Of a stretch of DNA of 64,000 nt, positions 60,712-64,000 are shown piece after piece. Each line of letters opens with the position of its first letter. The first letter of the stretch is position 1. The stretch is taken from NCBI GenBank assembly GCA_040385335.1, contig JAZKHP010000021.1:68516-132515 (forward strand), in the 5' to 3' direction. The notes under the pieces were generated by a model, which saw only the letters and a program-made list of their open reading frames with translations, was not told the DNA's origin and searched no databases. The position numbers and the translations under genes were made by a program. This DNA comes from Pseudomonadota bacterium. Its GTDB lineage: Bacteria > Pseudomonadota > Gammaproteobacteria > Pseudomonadales > Cellvibrionaceae.

Positions 60712-62559
60712 TTAATCATCAAGGAAGCTGCGCAAATGATCAGAACGTGACGGGTGACGTAATTTGCGTAATGCTTTGGCTTCAATTTGACGAATACGCT
60801 CACGAGTTACATCGAATTGTTTGCCGACTTCTTCGAGGGTGTGATCGGTGTTCATATCGATACCGAAACGCATGCGCAATACTTTAGCTTCGCGGGCGGT
60901 GAGGCCGGCGAGAACTTCGCGCGTGGCTTCCATCAAGCCTTCAGCGGTAGCTGAATCTACCGGCGAAACAATAGTGTTATCTTCAATAAAATCGCCCAAA
61001 TGCGAATCTTCATCGTCACCAATAGGGGTTTCCATGGAGATAGGTTCTTTGGCGATTTTAAGGACTTTACGCACCTTGTCTTCTGGCATATCCATACGTT
61101 CACCGAGTTCTTCCGGTGTTGGCTCGCGCCCCATTTCTTGCAGCATTTGCCGCGATACACGATTGAGTTTGTTAATGGTTTCAATCATGTGCACGGGAAT
61201 GCGGATGGTGCGCGCCTGGTCCGCAATCGAGCGCGTAATAGCCTGGCGAATCCACCAGGTTGCGTAAGTCGAAAATTTGTAACCGCGACGATATTCAAAT
61301 TTATCCACCGCTTTCATCAAGCCAATGTTGCCTTCTTGAATTAAATCGAGGAATTGCAGGCCACGATTGGTGTATTTTTTGGCAATAGAAATCACGAGAC
61401 GAAGGTTGGCCTCTACCATTTCTTTTTTAGCGCGACGCGCACGCGCTTCGCCAATTGACATGCGGCGGTTGATGTCTTTAATGCTGGTGAGGCTTAAGCC
61501 GCTATCGCCTTCAATTTGAATAAGTTGTTGCTGGCCCAGTAAAACTTCAGGCATAACGCCGCGTAATTTTTCGGCGTTTTCCGTATTGGCTTTTATTAAT
61601 TCAAGCAACCATTCTTCGTTAATCTCGTTGCCTGGGAATTCTTTAATAAACGTTTTGCGTTGCATTGAAGCCCTGCGGGTACACAAGTCCATAATAATGC
61701 GTTCTTGTTTGCGGACATTTTCAAGGGTTTCGCGAGCAAGCTTGTAAATAGGTTCAAATTGACGCACGGGCAATTTAAAGTATTTAAATAATTCGCCGAG
61801 CTCAAATAATTCCTTTTCAGCTTGTTTGCTGCCATAGCCATATTTTGCTAAAGCTTTATTGGCTTTTTCGTGTTGCTTTTGCAATTCTTCGAAGCGCACT
61901 CGGGCTTCTTCCGGGTCAACACCGGAAACAACTTCATCTTCTTCTTCGCTGGGAGATTCATCATCATCATCACCAACTTTAACTTCAGCGACTACAACCA
62001 CTTCCTCGATTTCTTCAAGAACAACCGGTGGAAGTGCCTCGACAGGGTTTAACCAGCCGATAACGACATCTGCAAGGCGTCGCTCTTCTTTAGCAACCAG
62101 CGCATATTCATCAATAATTTTTTGTACTGTACCTGGCCAATAGGCGAGGGCGTGCATGAGCTCGCGAATACCTTCTTCGATGCGCTTGGCAATTACAATT
62201 TCGCCTTCGCGAGTCAGTAGTTCGACTGTGCCCATTTCACGCATATACATGCGCACTGGGTCGGTGGTGCGGCCTGCCTCGGTTTCTACGGCAGCCAATG
62301 CGGCAGCAGCTTCGGCAGCAGCGATTTCGTCGGCGCCTGTGTCACCATCGGCCATTAATGTATCGGCATCGGGTGCGGTTTCATAAACCCGAATTCCCAT
62401 GTCGTTAATCATCTGAATGATATCTTCGACCTGATCGGGATCGGAAATATCTTCAGGTAAATGGTCGTTTACTTCAGCATAAGTGAGATAGCCCTGCTCT
62501 TTACCGCGGGCGATTAGCTCTTTTATGCGTGAATGTTTTTGTTGAGCGTCATCAGACAT
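60712..62559 (-). CDS. rpoD: RNA polymerase primary sigma factor
   Basis: '[15 protein letters not shown]', '[37 protein letters not shown]', '[21 protein letters not shown]'. Confidence 0.98.
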   Translation of the reverse strand: MSDDAQQKHSRIKELIARGKEQGYLTYAEVNDHLPEDISDPDQVEDIIQMINDMGIRVYETAPDADTLMADGDTGADEIAAAEAAAALAAVETEAGRTTDPVRMYMREMGTVELLTREGEIVIAKRIEEGIRELMHALAYWPGTVQKIIDEYALVAKEERRLADVVIGWLNPVEALPPVVLEEIEEVVVVAEVKVGDDDDESPSEEEDEVVSGVDPEEARVRFEELQKQHEKANKALAKYGYGSKQAEKELFELGELFKYFKLPVRQFEPIYKLARETLENVRKQERIIMDLCTRRASMQRKTFIKEFPGNEINEEWLLELIKANTENAEKLRGVMPEVLLGQQQLIQIEGDSGLSLTSIKDINRRMSIGEARARRAKKEMVEANLRLVISIAKKYTNRGLQFLDLIQEGNIGLMKAVDKFEYRRGYKFSTYATWWIRQAITRSIADQARTIRIPVHMIETINKLNRVSRQMLQEMGREPTPEELGERMDMPEDKVRKVLKIAKEPISMETPIGDDEDSHLGDFIEDNTIVSPVDSATAEGLMEATREVLAGLTAREAKVLRMRFGIDMNTDHTLEEVGKQFDVTRERIRQIEAKALRKLRHPSRSDHLRSFLDD

Positions 62560-62697
62560 TAATTGACCCTGTCAAGCGTGAGTGAGTGAAATGCAAAGCG
62601 CGGGATTATAACGTATGTGTCAGGTTTTATTCTAGGTTGGAGCTGGCTTGTGTTCGGAAGTTGCGCAAATAAATGACAGATTGAATAATTTATGGGG

Positions 62698-64000
62698 TTA
62701 GGGTGATGATTTGCTGTCTAGGCTGGGCGAAATTTTGACCATTGCATCGAGTATCAATTGATCTCGTTCGGTTTTACTAAGTTGAGTCAGGTCGATATTT
62801 TTAAGTTTCCTCAAGGCTTGCGAGCTTTTTTTGGTGCCTTGCTGGCGGCGTAGGGTTTCAATGCAATCACTAAACGCGGTTTGGGTGTCGTAATCTGCTT
62901 TTGCCGGTTTGTCGTTGCGCGTTAGGGTAAGGGCATTAGCGGCTTGCAGTAAATCACTACCGGCAATTTTCGCTAAGCGTTCAGTGTCATGGCTGCCGTA
63001 GATGCCACGCCAGTAACCGATTAAATGCGATAAATTGTAGTGAGGGCGTTCGTGCAATACTTTTAAAAGACGGCCAAGCATCTGTAGGTATGTGTCAGCT
63101 TCTGCGTGCTCTTCTTCAGAAAGCCAAAAGTCGTGATCCGGTTCCAGTGTTGCAAGGTTTGGGCAGCTTAGTAATAGTGCAAGCGCTTTCTGCGCGGGTG
63201 GCATGAGATAGCGGCTATTGGGAGTCGCTTGTAAATCTTGTTGATGCGGTTGGGCGCGCGTGGGGCGACTGCTGTAATACTCTTCGTAGTTTGGGGGAGG
63301 GGCTTCCTGGTCATAAAAGTCGGAAGCGCTTATATCCGCGACGAAATAATCTTTTGATTTATACGGTTGAGCATCCCTGGCTAGATCGGATGTGTTCTCA
63401 TCTGCTCCAGGTTTTGGTGTTGTGGGCGACTGAATAGGAGCTTCGGCAAAAGTGACCGGTTCGCTTACCAGGTCTTGCAATATGCTACGACTAAGACCGG
63501 TACGGGTAGCGAGATTTTCGAACATCAATTCACGGAAGACGCTTTTTGGCAACTTTTCCAGCAAGGGTGCAGCGCGCTTGCTAAAAGTGGCGCGGCCCTC
63601 CATGGTGCGAATATTCAAGCCTTCAGCTACTGCGTCAAATAAAAAGTCCTCCAGTGGTACGGCCAGATCAATCATGCGTTCAAATTTTTCTGAGCCTATC
63701 TGACGTATCAGTGTGTCCGGGTCTTCCCCTTCAGGCAAAAACAAAAATTTTACGGTGCGACCGTCGGCCATGGTGGTAAGCGAGGCTTCTAAAGCGCGGT
63801 GGGCAGCATTGCGCCCGGCCTTGTCGCCATCAAAACAAAACACGACTTCATTGGTATATTTAAATGCGCGATTCAGGTGGTCTTCGCTACAGGCTGTTCC
63901 CAATGTGGCTACACCATACCGGATACCAAATTGCGCGAGGCTCACTACGTCCATATAGCCTTCAACCACCAATAAGCGCGGCAATTCACGGTACGCGAGT
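62698..64000 (-). CDS. dnaG: DNA primase, 5' part outside the window
   Basis: TOPRIM 'LVVEGYMDVVSLAQ', 'ATLGTA', 'FCFDGDKAG', 'LPEGEDPD'. Frame is open to the window edge; lies upstream of rpoD. Confidence 0.96.
   Translation of the reverse strand, partial: LAYRELPRLLVVEGYMDVVSLAQFGIRYGVATLGTACSEDHLNRAFKYTNEVVFCFDGDKAGRNAAHRALEASLTTMADGRTVKFLFLPEGEDPDTLIRQIGSEKFERMIDLAVPLEDFLFDAVAEGLNIRTMEGRATFSKRAAPLLEKLPKSVFRELMFENLATRTGLSRSILQDLVSEPVTFAEAPIQSPTTPKPGADENTSDLARDAQPYKSKDYFVADISASDFYDQEAPPPNYEEYYSSRPTRAQPHQQDLQATPNSRYLMPPAQKALALLLSCPNLATLEPDHDFWLSEEEHAEADTYLQMLGRLLKVLHERPHYNLSHLIGYWRGIYGSHDTERLAKIAGSDLLQAANALTLTRNDKPAKADYDTQTAFSDCIETLRRQQGTKKSSQALRKLKNIDLTQLSKTERDQLILDAMVKISPSLDSKSSP

Noticed and set aside
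63240-63480. Long Pro/Asp/Tyr-rich stretch in DnaG considered as an inserted domain
   Set aside because: It lies in the linker before the helicase-binding domain, which is known to vary in length; no intein or domain motifs.
1-64000. Short ORFs in the six-frame track overlapping long genes (e.g. 17580-18215 minus, 43864-44409 minus, 60848-61267 plus)
   Set aside because: They are antisense or alternate-frame shadows of well-supported genes, with no motifs or RBS.
1-64000. CRISPR array, IS element, integrase, prophage or rRNA
   Set aside because: No regularly spaced direct repeats, transposase/recombinase motifs, phage structural genes or rRNA-like sequence seen by eye.

Overview
Chromosomal window from a gammaproteobacterium; gene content and protein style suggest Cellvibrio or a related Cellvibrionaceae member (inference, not a database result). 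Left part (1-19.5 kb): ECF sigma/GntR/ABC/PspC operon, M16 peptidase, ABC-F ATPase YbiT, a beta-propeller hybrid sensor kinase and clpB. Middle (20-39 kb): a carbohydrate-utilisation locus with a large TonB-dependent receptor, five tandem flavin-dependent halogenase-like genes (intact and catalytically degenerate copies alternate), a carbohydrate-binding protein, an NrtR-family regulator, xylB-xylA and a GH3 glycosidase. Right part (41-60 kb): an accessory-looking block ending at the 3' end of tRNA-Ile2(CAT), followed by rpoD and a truncated dnaG. That block holds the most unusual content: (i) a nadE / 2OG-Fe(II) oxygenase / NMNAT-like+PRTase-like fusion operon; (ii) divergent from it, a tightly coupled seven-gene operon (radical SAM, two AsnB-like ligases, GT1, GT2, an apparently circularly permuted ROK protein, PIG-L deacetylase) that looks like an uncharacterised small-molecule pathway; (iii) a 1656-aa TPR protein with a C39-like Cys protease domain. 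No CRISPR array, transposase, integrase or rRNA was seen. All family calls come from motif recognition by eye; no searches were run.
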